From Anthoceros angustus (Eukaryota; Plantae; Anthocerotophyta): a stretch of DNA of 64,000 bases. Shown piece after piece: positions 29,116 through 44,005 of the stretch. Each line of letters begins with the position of its first letter. The stretch's first letter is position 1. The notes beneath the pieces are model-generated. The model was not told the DNA's origin and did no database searches. It saw only the letters and a list, made by a program, of their open reading frames with translations. The translations under genes and the position numbers were made by a program. Location of the stretch: the NCBI GenBank assembly GCA_010909165.1, contig VJWM01000218.1, positions 186,001 to 250,000 on the forward strand. The letters run 5' to 3'.

Positions 29116-29576
29116 TTATAAATACTAGGTCATCTTGCTGGGTACTATGGAAGATGGGAAACGAGTTTGTCATCTTCAAGTTCAAAGGACGCCTACAAAG
29201 AGGACAATTGGCTCCTCCATGTTCCACCCATTCATCAATACATGTCTTGTGAAATGTGGAGCACCTTGATAATTGTCGCTTCCTCATCGACCTTGAAATC
29301 GTTAAGGCATATGCCGCAATCGCCTCCTTGGCAGTGATGATTCGAACTCATCGAGGATACCCCCAATTTTTAATCGGCACGATGACATAGCAATCAACAC
29401 TCTAGTTTCTTGTCGAGGTGACATTGAGAAAGTCGGAGTGGAAGAGGGGTCACCGCGCGGCAGATGGAGATCCAAAGCGCACGTGACAACGCGTTGAGAA
29501 CGTCACATTGATGCCACGAACTAATGACTTTGCCAAAGCCACGTGACTCAAACGCAAATCAACAATGAGTACGCAT
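29116..29576 (-). CDS. RING-H2 gene, copy 22
   Basis: FHKTCIDEWVEHGGANCPLCRRPL fragment. Confidence 0.65.
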
Positions 29577-30465
29577 TGATCCTAGATTGTGGAGGTGCGG
29601 TAGATGTGAAACCACCGACACCTAGTGAGCTTCCTTTCCCTCTTCTGATACCTTTGTATGGCATGACATTTTATAGAGCCATTGTAGGAGATGCCAAATC
29701 CAGCCAAGGAATGTTGCAATCAAACACCGAGTGGTTCGCACCAAAGTAAGACAAATGGTATCGAGAGCCAAGGAACGATTCCAATATTTCCAAATGAGGG
29801 ATCGACACGGCAACACATTGAGGATGGCACCGGATTGGCGGTCCGCATCTTCGATGATGAGTACCGCTACGGTGGCCAAGTGAATTGCGAATTGCGTGAG
29901 GTTGTTGACTTGCCCGATACACGAGGTCAGGGCCGATAGCGGACGGCCAACCCGGTAATGTTTGGTTAAGTCGAATTTGGTGCTCCCGCCCGGAAGATGA
30001 GGCATCGCTCACAAGCCACGTCGGTGAGCACGGCTGCGGTGCACTCATGACTCCGGTGCCGATGGTGCGCCGACTCACCCACGCGCTAACTTACCGCGCA
30101 CTCGGAATACGCGTGCGGTTGGCCGACGCTCGGCGCCGGACTCCGGCTCGGGCCACGGACGCTTACGTAGTGCGGCGGCGCCGCAAGGTTGCATCATTAT
30201 TTACACCGGTTCGTCAGACTTAACCCATCGGATCGCTGCGACGCCACCACGTGAACCGGATTTAAAGGATGCCGTGGTTGCTCGACTATCGCGATTCTTC
30301 AAGAAAGAAATGGAATTTTTGAGTGTCCACTTCAATACATGTCTTGTGAAATGCGCAACTTGATACAAAGTTTATTACAATCGATTGTATTATACATGTG
30401 AAGTCAACTTTCACGGTCCACTAGGCAAGGTCTAAAACCCCAACATTTTGTACGCTTATGTTGCG

Positions 30466-30932
30466 TTATAAATCGCCTAGGTCTCAGGTACCATGTGGAA
30501 GATGGGAAACAGTTTGTCATCTTCAAGTTCAAAGGATCGCCTACAAAGAGGACATTGGCTCCTCCATGTTCCACCCATTCATCAATACATGTCTTGTGAA
30601 ATGTGGAGCACCTTGATAATTGTCGCTTCCTCATCGCCTTGAAATCGTTAAGGCATATGCCGCAATCGCTCTCCGTTCTTGACGGTGATGATTCGAACTC
30701 ATCAAGTGAGGATACCCCCAACGGTAAATCGGCGATGACATAGCAATCAACACTCTAGTTTCGTCGAGTGACATTGAGAAAGTCGGAAGTGGAAGAGGGG
30801 TCACCGTTGCGCAGATGGAGATCCAAAGAGCGACGTGACAACGTTGAGAACGTCACATTGATGCCACGCAGACTAATGACTTTGCCAAAGCCACCGTGAC
30901 TCAAACGCCAAATCAACAATGAGTACGCGCAT
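30466..30932 (-). CDS. RING-H2 gene, copy 23
   Basis: ESDCGICLNDFK...FHKTCIDEWVEHGGAN fragment. Confidence 0.65.
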
Positions 30933-31848
30933 TGATCCTAGATTGTGGAGGTCTTTGCGGTAGATGTGAAACCACCGACACCTAGTGAGCTTCCTTTCCT
31001 CGTGATACCTTTGTATGGGCAAATACATTGGCATACATTTTATAGAGCCATTGTAGGAGATGCCAAATCAAAGGCCAAGGAATGTTGCAATCAAACACCG
31101 AGTGGTTCGCGCAAAGTAAGACAAATGGTATCGAGAGCCAAGGAACGATTCCAATATTTCCAAATGAGGGATCGGCAATCGCGGCAACACATTGAGGATG
31201 GCACCGGATTGGCGGTCCGCACCGGTTCGCGATGAGTATGCGATCGCCCGCGTGGCCATGAATTGCGGAATTGCGTGAGGTTGTTGACTTGCCCGATACA
31301 CGAGGTCTTTGGGCGATAGCGGACGGCCAACCCGGTAATGTTTGGTTAAGTCGAATTTGGTGCTCCCGCCTAAGATGAGGCATCGCTCACAAGCCACGCC
31401 AGAGCACGGCTGCGGTGCACTCATGACTCCGGTGCCGATGGTGCGCCGGACTCCACCCCTCGCGAATCGTCAACTTACGGCGCGCCGAGAATACAGCGTG
31501 CCCGGTTGGCCGACGCCTCGGCGCCGGACTCCAGACGAACGACGGCACGGCTTGGCGAGAGTGCGGCGCAGGTTGCATCATTTGGCACTCGGTTAATCGA
31601 CCCAACGACCGATCGCCGCGACGCCAATTCACGTGAACCGGATTTAAAGGATGCCGTGGTTGCTCGACTATCTACGATTCTTCAAGAAAGAAATGGAATT
31701 TTTGAGTGTCCACTTCAATACATGTCTTGTGAAATGCGCAACTTGATACAAAGTTTATTACAATCGATTGTATTATACATGTGAAGTCAACTTTCACGGT
31801 CCACCCTAGGCAAGGTCTAAAACCCCAACATTTTGTACGCTTATGTTG

Positions 31849-32322
31849 CTATAAATCGCTTAGGTCTCAGGCTGGCCGGTACCATGTGGAAGATGGGAAA
31901 CGAGTTTGTCATCTTCAAGTTCAAAGGACGCCTACAAAGAGGACAGTTGGCTCCTCCATGTTCCACCCATTCATCAATACATGTCTTGTGAAATGTGGGA
32001 GCACCTTGATAATTGTGCCGCTTCCTCATCACTTGAAATCGTTAAGGCATATGCCGCAATCGCTCTCCGTTTTGACAGTGATGATTCGAAACTCATCAAG
32101 TGTGATACCCCCCAGCATTTGCGGCGATGACATAGCAATCAACACTCTAGTTTCTTGTCGAGTGACATTGAGAAAGTCGGAAGTGGAAGAGGGGTCACCG
32201 TTGCGCAGATGGAGATCCAAAGAGCGACGCGTGACGCGTTGAGAACGCCACATTGATGCTAATGAACTAATGACTTTGCCAAAGCCACCGTACTCAAACG
32301 CAAATCAACAATGAGTACGCAT
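31849..32322 (-). CDS. RING-H2 gene, copy 24
   Basis: ESDCGICLNDFK and FHKTCIDEWVEHGGANCPLC fragments. Confidence 0.65.
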
Positions 32323-33206
32323 TGATCCTAGATTGTGGAGGTGCCGCAGATGTGAAACCACCGACACCTAGTGAGCTTCCTTTCCTCGTGATACCTTTGT
32401 ATGAAAGGTACTACATTTTATAGAGCCATTGTAGGAGATGCCAAATCCAAAGGCCAAGGAATGTTGCAATCAAACAGTGGTTCGCACTAAAGTAAGACAA
32501 ATGGTATCGAGCCAAGGAACGATTCCAATATTTCCAAATGAGGGGATCGACACCGGCAACACATTGAGGATGGCACCGGATTGGCGGTCCGCACCCGTCA
32601 ACCGATGATGAGTATACCGCCACGTGGTGGCCAAGTGAATTGACTGCGTGAGGTTGTTGACTTGCCCGATACACGAGGTGCCGGGCGATAGCGGACGGCC
32701 AACCCGGTAATGTTTGGTTAAGTCGAATTTGGTGCTCTCGGAAGATGAGGCATCGCTCACAAGCCACGCCGGTAGGCACCACGGGCACTCATGACTCGGT
32801 GCCGATGGTGCGTCGGGACTCCGACCCTCGCGAATCGTCAACTTACCGGCGCATCGAATACACGCTTTTGGCCGACGCCTCGGGCGCCGGACTCCGGGAT
32901 CGGACGACGGACGCTACGAGTGCGCGGCGCCGCAAGGTTGCATCATTTGGCACTCGGTTCGTCGAATCGACCCGACGACTGCATGCGACGCCAATTCACG
33001 GAACCGGATTTAAAGGATGCCGTGGTTGCTCGACTATCGCGATTCTTCAAGAAAGAAATGGAATTTTTGAGTGTCCACTTCAATACATGTCTTGTGAAAT
33101 GCAACTTGATACAAAGTTTATTACAATCGATTGTATTATACATGTGAAGTCAATCACTCCACCCTAGGCAAGGTCTAAAACCCCAACATTTTGTACGCTT
33201 ATGTTG

Positions 33207-33658
33207 CTATAAATCGCCTAGGTCCAGGTCGGTACCATGGAAGATGGGAAACGAGTTTGTCATCTTCAAGTTCAAAGGACGCCTACAAAGAGGACAGTTG
33301 GCTCCTCCATGTTCCACCCATTCATCAATACATGTCTTGTGAAATGTGGGAGCACCTTGATAATTGTGCCGCTTCCTCATCACTTGAAATCGTTAAGGCA
33401 TATGCGCAATCGCTCTCCGTTTTGACAGTGATGATTCGAATACACAACGGTATACCGCTCATGACATAGCAATCAACACTCTAGTTTCTTGTCGAGTGAC
33501 ATTGAGAAAGTCGGAAGTGGAAGAGGGGTCACCGGTTGCGCAGATGGAGATCCAAAGAGCGCACGTGACAACGTTGAGAACGCCACATTGATGCCACGAA
33601 CTAATGACTTTGCCAAAGCCACCGTGACCAAACGCAAATCAACAATGAGTACGCGCAT
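33207..33658 (-). CDS. RING-H2 gene, copy 25
   Basis: ORF starting at 33658 (MRVLIVDLRL...); RING core. Confidence 0.65.
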
Positions 33659-34558
33659 TGATCCTAGATTGTGGAGGTGTGCGTACCGAGATGTGAAACC
33701 ACCGACACCTAGTGAGCTTCCTTTCCTACCGTGATACCTTTGTATGGGCAGTGCTACATTTTATAGAGCCATTGTAGGAGATGCCAAATCCAAAGGCCAA
33801 GGAATGTTGCAATCAAACACCGAGTGGTTCGCACTAAAGTAAGACAAATGGTATCGAGAGCCAAGGAACGATTCCAATATTTCCAAATGAGGGGATCGAC
33901 ACCGCGGCAACACATTGAGGATGGCACCGGATTGGCGGTCCGCACTGCCCACCGATGATGAGTATGCGGCCCGGCGGGGCCAAGTGAACCATGGAATTGC
34001 GTGAGGTTGTTGACTTGCCCGATACACGAGGTGCCGGGCGATAGCGGACGGCCAACCCGGTAATGTTTGGTTAAGTCAATTTGGTGCTCCCGCCTGGAAG
34101 ATGAGGCATCGCTCACAAGCCACGCCGGTAGGCACGGCCGCCGTGCACTCATGACTCCGGTGCCGATGGTGCGCCGGACTTCCGGGCCCGACGACCGGTC
34201 AACCACTTACTGGGAATACGCGTGCCGCCTGGCGCCGGACTCCGGCGACGGAACGACGGACGCTACGAGTGCGCGGCGCCGCAAGGTTGCATCATTTGGC
34301 ACTCGGTTCGTCGAATCGACCCGACCAGATCGCCGCGGACAATTCACGTGAACCGGACGAGATGCCGTGGTTGCTCGACTATCGCGATTCTTCAAGAAAG
34401 AAATGGAATTTTTGAGTGTCCACTTCAATACATGTCTTGTGAAATGCGCAACTTGATACAAAGTTTATTACAATCGATTGTATTATACATGTGAAGTCAA
34501 TTCACGGTCCACCCTAGGCAAGGTCTAAAACCCCAACATTTTGTACGCTTATGTTGCG

Positions 34559-35028
34559 TTATAAATCGCCTAGGTCTCATTTGGTACCATGTGGAAGATG
34601 GAAACGAGTTTGTCATCTTCAAGTTCAAAGGACGTCTACAAAGAGGACAGCTTGGCTCTCCATGTTCCACCCATTCATCAATACATGTCTTGTGAAATGT
34701 GTGGGAGCACCTTGATAATTGTGCCGCTTCCTCATCACCTTGAAATCGTTAAGGCATACGCCGTAATCGCTCTCGTTTTGACAGTGATGATTCGAAACTC
34801 ATCGGCGGGATACCTCAAGCTTTGGTGGCGCCGATGACATAGCAATCAACACTCTAGTTTCGTCGAGTGACATTGAGAAAGTCGGAAGTGGAAGAGGGGT
34901 CACCGTTGCGCAGATGGAGATCCAAAGAGCGCGTGACAACGCTTGAGAACGCCACATTGATGCCACTTAACTAATGACTTTGCCAAAGCCACCGTGACTA
35001 AACGCAAATCAACAATGAGTACGCGCAT
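34559..35028 (-). CDS. RING-H2 gene, copy 26
   Basis: Landmarks and RING core. Confidence 0.62.
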
Positions 35029-35911
35029 TGATCCTAGATTGTGGAGGCTGCGCGTAGATGTGAAACCACCACACCTAGTGAGCTTCCTTTCCGTGATACC
35101 TTTGTATGGGCACCACATTTTATAGAGCCATTGTAGGAGATGCCAAATCCAAAGGCTGGCCAATGTTGCAATCAAACACCGAGTGGTTCGCACCAAAGTA
35201 AGACAAATGGTATCGAGCCAAGGAACGATTCCAATATTTCCAAATGAGGGATCGACACGCGGCAACACACATTGAGGATGGCACCGGATTGGCGGTCCGC
35301 ACCGTTCAATACGATGATGAGTACCGCGCGTGGGAAGTGAATTGCGGAATTGCGTGAGGTTGTTGACTTGCCCGATACACGAGGTCTTGGGCGATAGCGG
35401 ACGGCCAACCCGGTAATGTTTGGTTAAGTCGAATTTGGTGCTCCGCCCAAGATGAGGCATCGCTCATCACAAGCCACGCCGGGAGCACGCCGCACTCATG
35501 ACTCCCGGTGCCGATGGTGCGTCGGGACTCCGACCCCTCGCGAATCGTCAACTTACCGGCGCACCGGAACACGGCCGATCGGACTCTTGGCGCCGGACTC
35601 CGTAACGCGACGGACGCGCGAGTCGCGGCGCCGCAAGGTTGCATCATTTGGCACTCGGTTCGTCGAATCGACCCAACCACCGTGATCGGCTATCGCGCCA
35701 ATTCACGTGAACCGGATTTAAAGGATGCCGTGGTTGCTCGACTATCGCGATTCTTCAAGAAAGAAATGGAATTTTTGAGTGTCCACTTCAATACATGTCT
35801 TGTGAAATGCGAACTTGATACAAAGTTTATTGGCCATTGTATTATACATGTGAAGTCAACTCACGGTCCACCCAGGTCTAAAACCCCAACATTTTGTACG
35901 CTTATGTTGCG

Positions 35912-36367
35912 TTATAAATCGCTTACATTGATGGTACCATGTGGAAGATGGGAAACGAGTTTGTCATCTTCAAGTTCAAAGGACGTCTACAAAGAGGACA
36001 TTGGCTCCTCCATGTTCCACCCATTCATCAATACATGTCTTGTGAAATGTGTGGAGCACCTTGATAATTGTCGCCTCATCACCTTGAAATCGTTAAGGCA
36101 TATCTGCAATCGCTCTCCGTTTGACAGTGATGATTCGAACTCATCTGATACCCCTAACATTTGCTTATCACACCGATGACATAGCAATCAACACTCTAGT
36201 TTCTTGTCGGTGACATTGAGAAAGTCGGAAGTGGAAGAGGGGTCACCGTTGCAGATGGAGATCCAAAGAGCGCCGGACAACGCTGAGAACGCCACATTGA
36301 TGCCACGAACTAATGACTTTGCCAAAGCCACCGTGCTCAAACGCAAATCAACAATGAGTACGCGCAT
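35912..36367 (-). CDS. RING-H2 gene, copy 27
   Basis: MRVLIVDLRLSTVALAKSLVRGINVAFSALSGALWISICNGDPSSTSDFLNV fragment. Confidence 0.65.
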
Positions 36368-37246
36368 TGATCCTAGATTGTGGAGGTGCCGCAAGAGATG
36401 AAACCACCACACCTAGTGAGCTTCCTTTCCACCGTGATACCTTTGTATGGGCAGTACATTTTATAGAGCCATTGTAGGAGATGCCAAATCCAAAGGCCAA
36501 GGAATGTTGCAATCAAACACCGAGTGGTTCGCACCAAAGTAAGACAAATGGTATCGAGCCAAGGAACGATTCCAATATTTCCAAATGAGGGATCGACACC
36601 GGCAACACATTGAGGATGGCACCGATTGGCGGTCCGCACCGGTTACTTGATGATGAGTATGCGCCACGTGGTGGCCAAGTGAATTGCGGAATTGCGTGAG
36701 GTTGTTGACTTGCCCGATACACGAGGTGCGATAGCGGACTACAACCCGTAATGTTTGGTTAAGTCGAATTTGGTGCTCCCGCCCAAGATGAGGCATCGCT
36801 CACAAGCCACGCCGGTAGGCACGGCTGCCGGTGCACTCATGACTCCGGGTGCCGATGGTGCGTCGGGACTCCACCCCTCGCGAATGCGCTTTACGCGCTT
36901 TTCCTCTGCGTCTGGCCCGCCCTTGTGCGCCGGACTCCCTCCGACGGACTTACGTAGTGCGCGCCCGCAAGGTTGCATCATTTGGCTTGTCCACCGACCG
37001 CAACCAGATCGCCGCGACGCCAATTCACGTGAACCGGATTTAAAGGATGCCGTGGTTGCTCGACTATCGGCGATTCTTCAAGAAAGAAATGGAATTTTTG
37101 AGTGTCCACTTCAATACATGTCTTGTGAAATGCGCAACTTGATACAAAGTTTATTACAATCGATTGTATTATACATGTGAAGTCAACTTTCACGGTCCAC
37201 CCTAGGCAAGGTCTAAAACCCCAACATTTTGTACGCTTATGTTGCG

Positions 37247-37705
37247 TTATAAATCGCCTAGGTCTGTACGTCGGTACCATGTGGAAGATGGGAAACGAGT
37301 TTGTCATCTTCAAGTTCAAAGGACGTCTACAAAGAGGACATGTTCTTCCATGTTCCACCCATTCATCAATACATGTCTTGTGAAATGTGGAGCACCTTGA
37401 TAATTGTCGCTTCCTCATCGCCTTGAAATCGTTAAGGCATATCGCAATCGCTCTCCTCGCTAACAGTGTGATGATTCGAACTCATCGGGATACCCCACCG
37501 CTATCACCGATGACATAGCAATCAACACTCTAGTTTCGTCGAGTGACATTGAGAAAGTCGGAAGTGGAAGAGGGGTCACCGTCAAAGCAGATGGAGATCC
37601 AAAGAGCGACGTGGCTTGAGAACGCGCCACATTGATGCCACGAACTAATGACTTTGCCAAAGCCACCGCAGACTCAAACGCAAATCAACAATGAGTACGC
37701 TGCAT
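37247..37705 (-). CDS. RING-H2 gene, copy 28
   Basis: FHKTCIDEWVEHGRTCPLCRRPL fragment. Confidence 0.65.
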
Positions 37706-38608
37706 TGATCCTAGATTGTGGAGGTGCTGCGGTGAGATGTGAAACCACCGACACCTAGTGAGCTTCCTTTCCTACTGTGATACCTTTGTATGGGCAAATT
37801 GCTACATTTTATAGAGCCATTGTAGGAGATGCCAAATCCAAAGGCCAAGGAATGTTGCAATCAAACACCGAGTGGTTCGCACCAAAGTAAGACAAATGGT
37901 ATCGAGAGCCAAGGAACGATTCCAATATTTCCAAATGAGGGATCGACACCGCATGCAACACATTGAGGATGGCACCGGATTGGCGGTCCGCTGCTTCGCT
38001 CACTGATGATGAGTATGCCGCCACGTGGTGGCCAAGTGAATTGCGGAATTGCGTGAGGTTGTTGACTTGCCCGATACACGAGGTGTCGGGCGATAGCGGA
38101 CGGCCAACCCGGTAATGTTTGGTTAAGTCGAATTTGGTGCTCCCGGTGAGGCATCGCTCACAAGCCACGCCGGTAGGCACGGCTGCCGGTGCACTCATGA
38201 CTCCGGGTGCCGATGGTGCGTCGGGACTCCGACCGCGAATCGCAATCGGCCTGATTTTCGGGAATACAGCTGCCGGTTGGCCGACGCCTCGGGCGCCGGA
38301 CTCCGGTCGACGGACGCTTGAGTGGCGGCCAAGGTTGCATCATTTGGCACCCTGCCTCAGACCCACCCACAGATCGCCGCGACGCCAATTCACGTGAACC
38401 GGATTTAAAGGATGCCGTGGTTGCTCGACTATCGCGATTCTTCAAGAAAGAAATGGAATTTTTGAGTGTCCACTTCAATACATGTCTTGTGAAATGCGCA
38501 ACTTGATACAAAGTTTATTACAATCGATTGTATTATACATGTGAAGTCAACTCACGGTCCACCCTAGGCAAGGTCTAAAACCCCAACATTTTGTACGCTT
38601 ATGTTGCG

Positions 38609-39068
38609 TTATAAATCGCCTAGGTCTCTGTCGGTACCATGTGGAAGATGGGAAACGAGTTTGTCATCTTCAAGTTCAAAGGACGCCTACAAAGAGGACA
38701 ATTGGTCCTTCCATGTTCCACCCATTCATCAATACATGTCTTGTGAAATGTGGGAGCACCTTGATAATTGTGCCGCCTCATCACCTTGAAATCGTTAAGG
38801 CATATCGCAATCGCTCTCCGTTTGACAGTGATGATTCAACTCATCGGCGATACTTTACTGCTTATCGGCGCAATGACATAATCAACACTCTAGTTTCTTG
38901 TCGAGTGACATTGAGAAAGTCGGAAGTGGAAGAGGGGTCACCGGTTGCGCAGATGGAGATCCAAAGAGCGCACGTGACAACGCTTGAGAACGCCACATTG
39001 ATGCCACGAACTAATGACTTTGCCAAAGCCATTTCAAACGCAAATCAACAATGAGTACGCACGCGCAT
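38609..39068 (-). CDS. RING-H2 gene, copy 29
   Basis: Landmarks and RING core. Confidence 0.62.
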
Positions 39069-39950
39069 TGATCCTAGATTGTGGAGGTCATCGAGATGTG
39101 AAACCACCGACACCTAGTGAGCTTCCTTTCCTCGTGATACCTTTGTATGGGCAGGCATGGCTACATTTTATAGAGCCATTGTAGGAGATGCCAAATCCAA
39201 AGGCCAAGGAATGTTGCAATCAAACAAGTGGTTCGCACCAAAGTAAGACAAATGGTATCGAGAGCCAACGATTCCAATATTTCCAAATGAGGGATCGACA
39301 CCGCGGCAACACATTGAGGATGGCACCGATTGGCGGTCACGGCCGATGATGAGTATACCGCCACGTGGTGGCCAAGTGAATTGCGTGAGGTTGTTGACTT
39401 GCCCGATACACGAGGTCAGCGATAGCGGACGGCCAACCCGTAATGTTTGGTTAAGTCGAATTTGGTGCTCACAAGATGAGGCATCGCTCACAAGCCACGC
39501 CGGTAGGCACTACCGCCGGGGTCATGACTCCGGTGCCGATGGTGCGTCGGGACTCCGACCCCTCGCGAATCGTCAACTTACCGGCGCACTCGGGAATACG
39601 CTGCGTCGCCTGGCGCCGGACTCCCGGGACTCAAACGACGGACGCTACGAGTGCGGCGGCGCCGCAAGGTTGCATCATTTGGCACTCGGTTCGTCGACCC
39701 AACGACCAGATCGCCATGGGGCCAATTCACGTGAACCGGATTTAAAGGATGCCGTGGTTGCTCGACTATCGGCGATTCTTCAAGAAAGAAATGGAATTTT
39801 TGAGTGTCCACTTCAATACATGTCTTGTGAAATGCGCAACTTGATACAAAGTTTATTACAATCGATTGTATTATACATGTGAAGTCAACTTTCACGGTCC
39901 ACCCTAGGCAAGGTCTAAAACCCCAACATTTTGTACGCTTATGTTATGCG

Positions 39951-40400
39951 TTATAAATCGCCTAGGTCATCTGTGGGTACCATGTGGAAGATGGGAAACG
40001 AGTTTGTCATCTTCAAGTTCAAAGGACGTCTACAAAGAGGACATGGTTCTCCATGTTCCACCCATTCATCAATACATGTCTTGTGAAATGTGGGAGCACC
40101 TTGATAATTGTCTTCCTCATCACCTTGAAATCGTTAAGGCATATCGTAATCGCTCTCCGTTTCGATGATGATTCAACTCATCGTGATACCCTAACAAGCT
40201 TGGTCACCGATGACATAGCAATCAACACTCTAGTTTCTTGTCGAGTGACATTGAGAAAGTCGGAAGAGGGGTCACCGTTGCAGATGGAGATCCAAAGAGC
40301 TGCACGCGTGACAACGTTGAGAACGCCACATTGATGCCACGAACTAATGACTTTGCTAAAGCCACCGTACTCAAACGCAAATCAACAATGAGTACGCGAT
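39951..40400 (-). CDS. RING-H2 gene, copy 30
   Basis: RVLIVDLRLSTVALAKSLVRGINVAF fragment; RING core. Confidence 0.62.
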
Positions 40401-41294
40401 TGATCCTAGATTGTGGAGGTGTCGTGAGATGTGAAACCACCGACACCTAGTGAGCTTCCTTTCCACCGTGATACCTTTGTATGGGCAAACTACATTTTAT
40501 AGAGCCATTGTAGGAGATGCCAAATCCAAAGGCCAAGGAATGTTGCAATCAAACACCGAGTGGTTCGCACCAAAGTAAGACAAATGGTATCGAGAGCCAA
40601 GGAACGATTCCAATATTTCCAAATGAGGGATCGACACCGCGGCAACACATTGAGGATGGCACCGGATTGGCGGTCCGCACCTTCACTGGCGATGATGAGT
40701 ATGCGATGCACGCGTGGTGGCCAAGTGAATTGCGGAATTGCGTGAGGTTGTTGACTTGCCCGATACACGAGGTCCGGGCGATAGCGGACGGTCAACCCGG
40801 TAATGTTTGGTTAAGTCGAATTTGGTGCCCCGCCAAGATGAGGCATCGCTCACAAGCCACGCCGGTAGGCACGCCGGCACTCATGACTCCGGTGCCGATG
40901 GTGCGTCGGGACTCACCCTCGCGAACGCGTCAACTTACCGCGCACTCGGGAATACGCTGCCGGTTGACGCCTCGGCCGGACTCCGGCCTGAGGAACGACG
41001 GACGCTTGGCAGTGCGCGGCGCCGCAAGGTTGCATCATTGCTGAACCGAATCGACCGGATCGCCGCGGGCCAATTCACGGAACCTGATTTAAAGGATGCC
41101 GTGGTTGCTCGACTATCGCGATTCTTCAAGAAAGAAATGGAATTTTTGAGTGTCCACTTCAATACATGTCTTGTGAAATGCGCAACTTGATACAAAGTTT
41201 ATTACAATCGATTGTATTATACATGTGAAGTCAACTTTCACGGTCCACCCTAGGCAAGGTCTAAAACCCCAACATTTTGTACGCTTATGTTGCG

Positions 41295-41759
41295 TTATAA
41301 ATCGCCTAGGTCTCAGGCCGGTCGGTACCATGTGGAAGATGGGAAACGAGTTTGTCATCTTCAAGTTCAAAGGACGCCTACAAAGAGGACATTGGCTCTT
41401 CCATGTTCCACCCATTCATCAATACATGTCTTGTGAAATGTGTGGGAGCACTTTGATAATTGTCGCTTCCTCATCACTTTGAAATCGTTAAGGCATATGC
41501 TGCAATCGCCTCCGTTTTGACGATGATTCAACTCATCGGCGGGATACCCCCAATAAGCTTGGCGCTGGACATAGCAATCAACACTCTAGTTTCTTGTCGA
41601 GTGACATTGAGAAAGCTCGGAAGTGGAAGAGGGGTCACCGTTGCGCAGATGGAGATCCAAAGAGCGACGTGACAACGCTGAGAACGCCACATTGATGGCT
41701 AACTAATGACTTTTAAAAGCCACCGTGACTCAAACGCAAATCAACAATGAGTACGCGAT
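41295..41759 (-). CDS. RING-H2 gene, copy 31
   Basis: CPLCRRPLNLKMTNSFPIFHMVP fragment. Confidence 0.62.
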
Positions 41760-42654
41760 TGATCCTAGATTGTGGAGGTGCTGCTGTAGATGTGAAACCA
41801 CCGACACCTAGTGAGCTTCCTTTCCTACCGTGATACCTTTGTATGGGCAATTGTACATTTTATAGAGCCATTGTAGGAGATGCCAAATCCAAAGGCCAAG
41901 GAATGTTGCAATCAAACACCAGTGGTTCGCACTAAAGTAAGACAAATGGTATCGAGAGCCAAGGAACGATTCCAATATTTCCAAATGAGGGGATCGACAC
42001 GGCAACACATTGAGGATGGCACCGGATTGGTCCGCACCCGCGCGATGATGAGTATGCACCGCCACGTGGTGGCCAAGTGAATTGCGGAATTGCGTGAGGT
42101 TGTTGACTTGCCCGATACACGAGGTGCCGGGCGATAGCGGACAACCCGTAATGTTTGTTAAGTCGAATTTGGTGCTCCCGCCTAAGATGAGGCATCGCTC
42201 ACAAGCCACGCCGGTAGGCACGGCCGCCGGCACTCATGACTCCGGTGCCGATGGTGCGTCGGGACTCCACCGCGAACGCGCAACTTACCGCGCACTCGGA
42301 ATACGCTGCCACGGTTGGCCGACGCCTTGGCGCCGGACTCCGACGACGAACGACGGACGCTTACGAGTGCGGCGCCGCAGGTTGCATCATTTGGCACCTT
42401 CGCACGACCCAACGACCGGATCGCCGCGACGCCAATTCACGTGAACCGGATTTAAAGGATGCCGTGGTTGCTCGACTATCGGCGATTCTTGAAGAAATGG
42501 AATTTTTGAGTGTCCACTTCAATACATGTCTTGTGAAATGCGCAACTTGATACAAAGTTTATTACAATCGATTGTATTATACATGTGAAGTCAACTTTCA
42601 CGGTCCACCCTAGGCAAGGTCTAAAACCCCAACATTTTGTACGCTTATGTTGCG

Positions 42655-43114
42655 TTATAAATCGCTTAGGTCCGTGTTGGTACCATGTGGAAGATGGGAA
42701 ACGAGTTTGTCATCTTCAAGTTCAAAGGACGCCTACAAAGAGGACAGTTCTCCATGTTCCACCCATTCATCAATACATGTCTTGTGAAATGTGGGAGCAC
42801 CTTGATAATTGTCTTCCTCATCAAATGAAATCGTTAAGGCATATGTCATAATCGCTTCCGTTTCGACAGTGATGATTCAACTCATCGGCGGGATACCCCT
42901 AGCAATACCGCTTGGTGCGCGATGACATAGCAATCAACACTCTAGTTTCTTGTCGAGTGACATTGAGAAAGTCGGAAGTGGAAGAGGGGTCACCGTTGCA
43001 GATGGAGATCCAAAGAGCGCACGTGACAACGCTGAGAACGCCACATTGATGCCACGAACTAATGACTTTGCCAAAGCCACCGTGCTCAAACGCAAATCAA
43101 CAATGAGTACGCAT
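42655..43114 (-). CDS. RING-H2 gene, copy 32
   Basis: Landmarks and RING core. Confidence 0.62.
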
Positions 43115-44005
43115 TGATCCTAGATTGTGGAGGTGTGCTGTAGATGTGAAACCACCGACACCTAGTGAGCTTCCTTTCCTACCGTGATACCTTTGTATGG
43201 GCAGTCGTATACATTTTATAGAGCCATTGTAGGAGATGCCAAATCCAAAGGCCAAGGAATGTTGCAATCAAACACCAGTGGTTCGCACAAAGTAAGACAA
43301 ATGGTATCGAGCCAAGGAACGATTCCAATATTTCCAAATGAGGGATCACACCGCGGCAACACATTGAGGATGGCACCGGATTGGCGGTCCGCACCGTCAC
43401 GATGATGAGTATGCGCCCGCCACGTGGTGGCCAAGTGAATGCGTGAGGTTGTTGACTTGCCCGATACACGAGGTGCCGGGCGATAGCGGACGGTCAACCC
43501 GGTAATGTTTGGTTAAGTCGAATTTGGTGCTCGCCTAAGATGAGGCATCGCTCACAAGCCACGTCGGTAGGCACGCCGGTGCACTCATGACTCCGGTGCC
43601 GATGGTGCGTCGGGACTCGACCCCTCGCGAATCGTCAACTTACCGCACTGGAATACGCGCCGGTTGGCCGACGCCTCGGGCCGGACTCCGGTCACGAACG
43701 ACGGACGCTTGGCGAGTGCGGCGCCGGTTGCATCATTTGGCACTCGGTTAATCACCCACGACTGTATCGCCGCGACGCCAATTCACACGGAACCGGATTT
43801 AAAGGATGCCGTGGTTGCTCGACTATCGCGATTCTTCAAGAAAGAAATGGAATTTTTGAGTGTCCACTTCAATACATGTCTTGTGAAATGCGCAACTTGA
43901 TACAAAGTTTATTACAATCGATTGTATTATACATGTGAAGTCAACTTTCACGGTCCACCTAGGCAAGGTCTAAAACCCCAACATTTTGTACGCTTATGTT
44001 ATGCG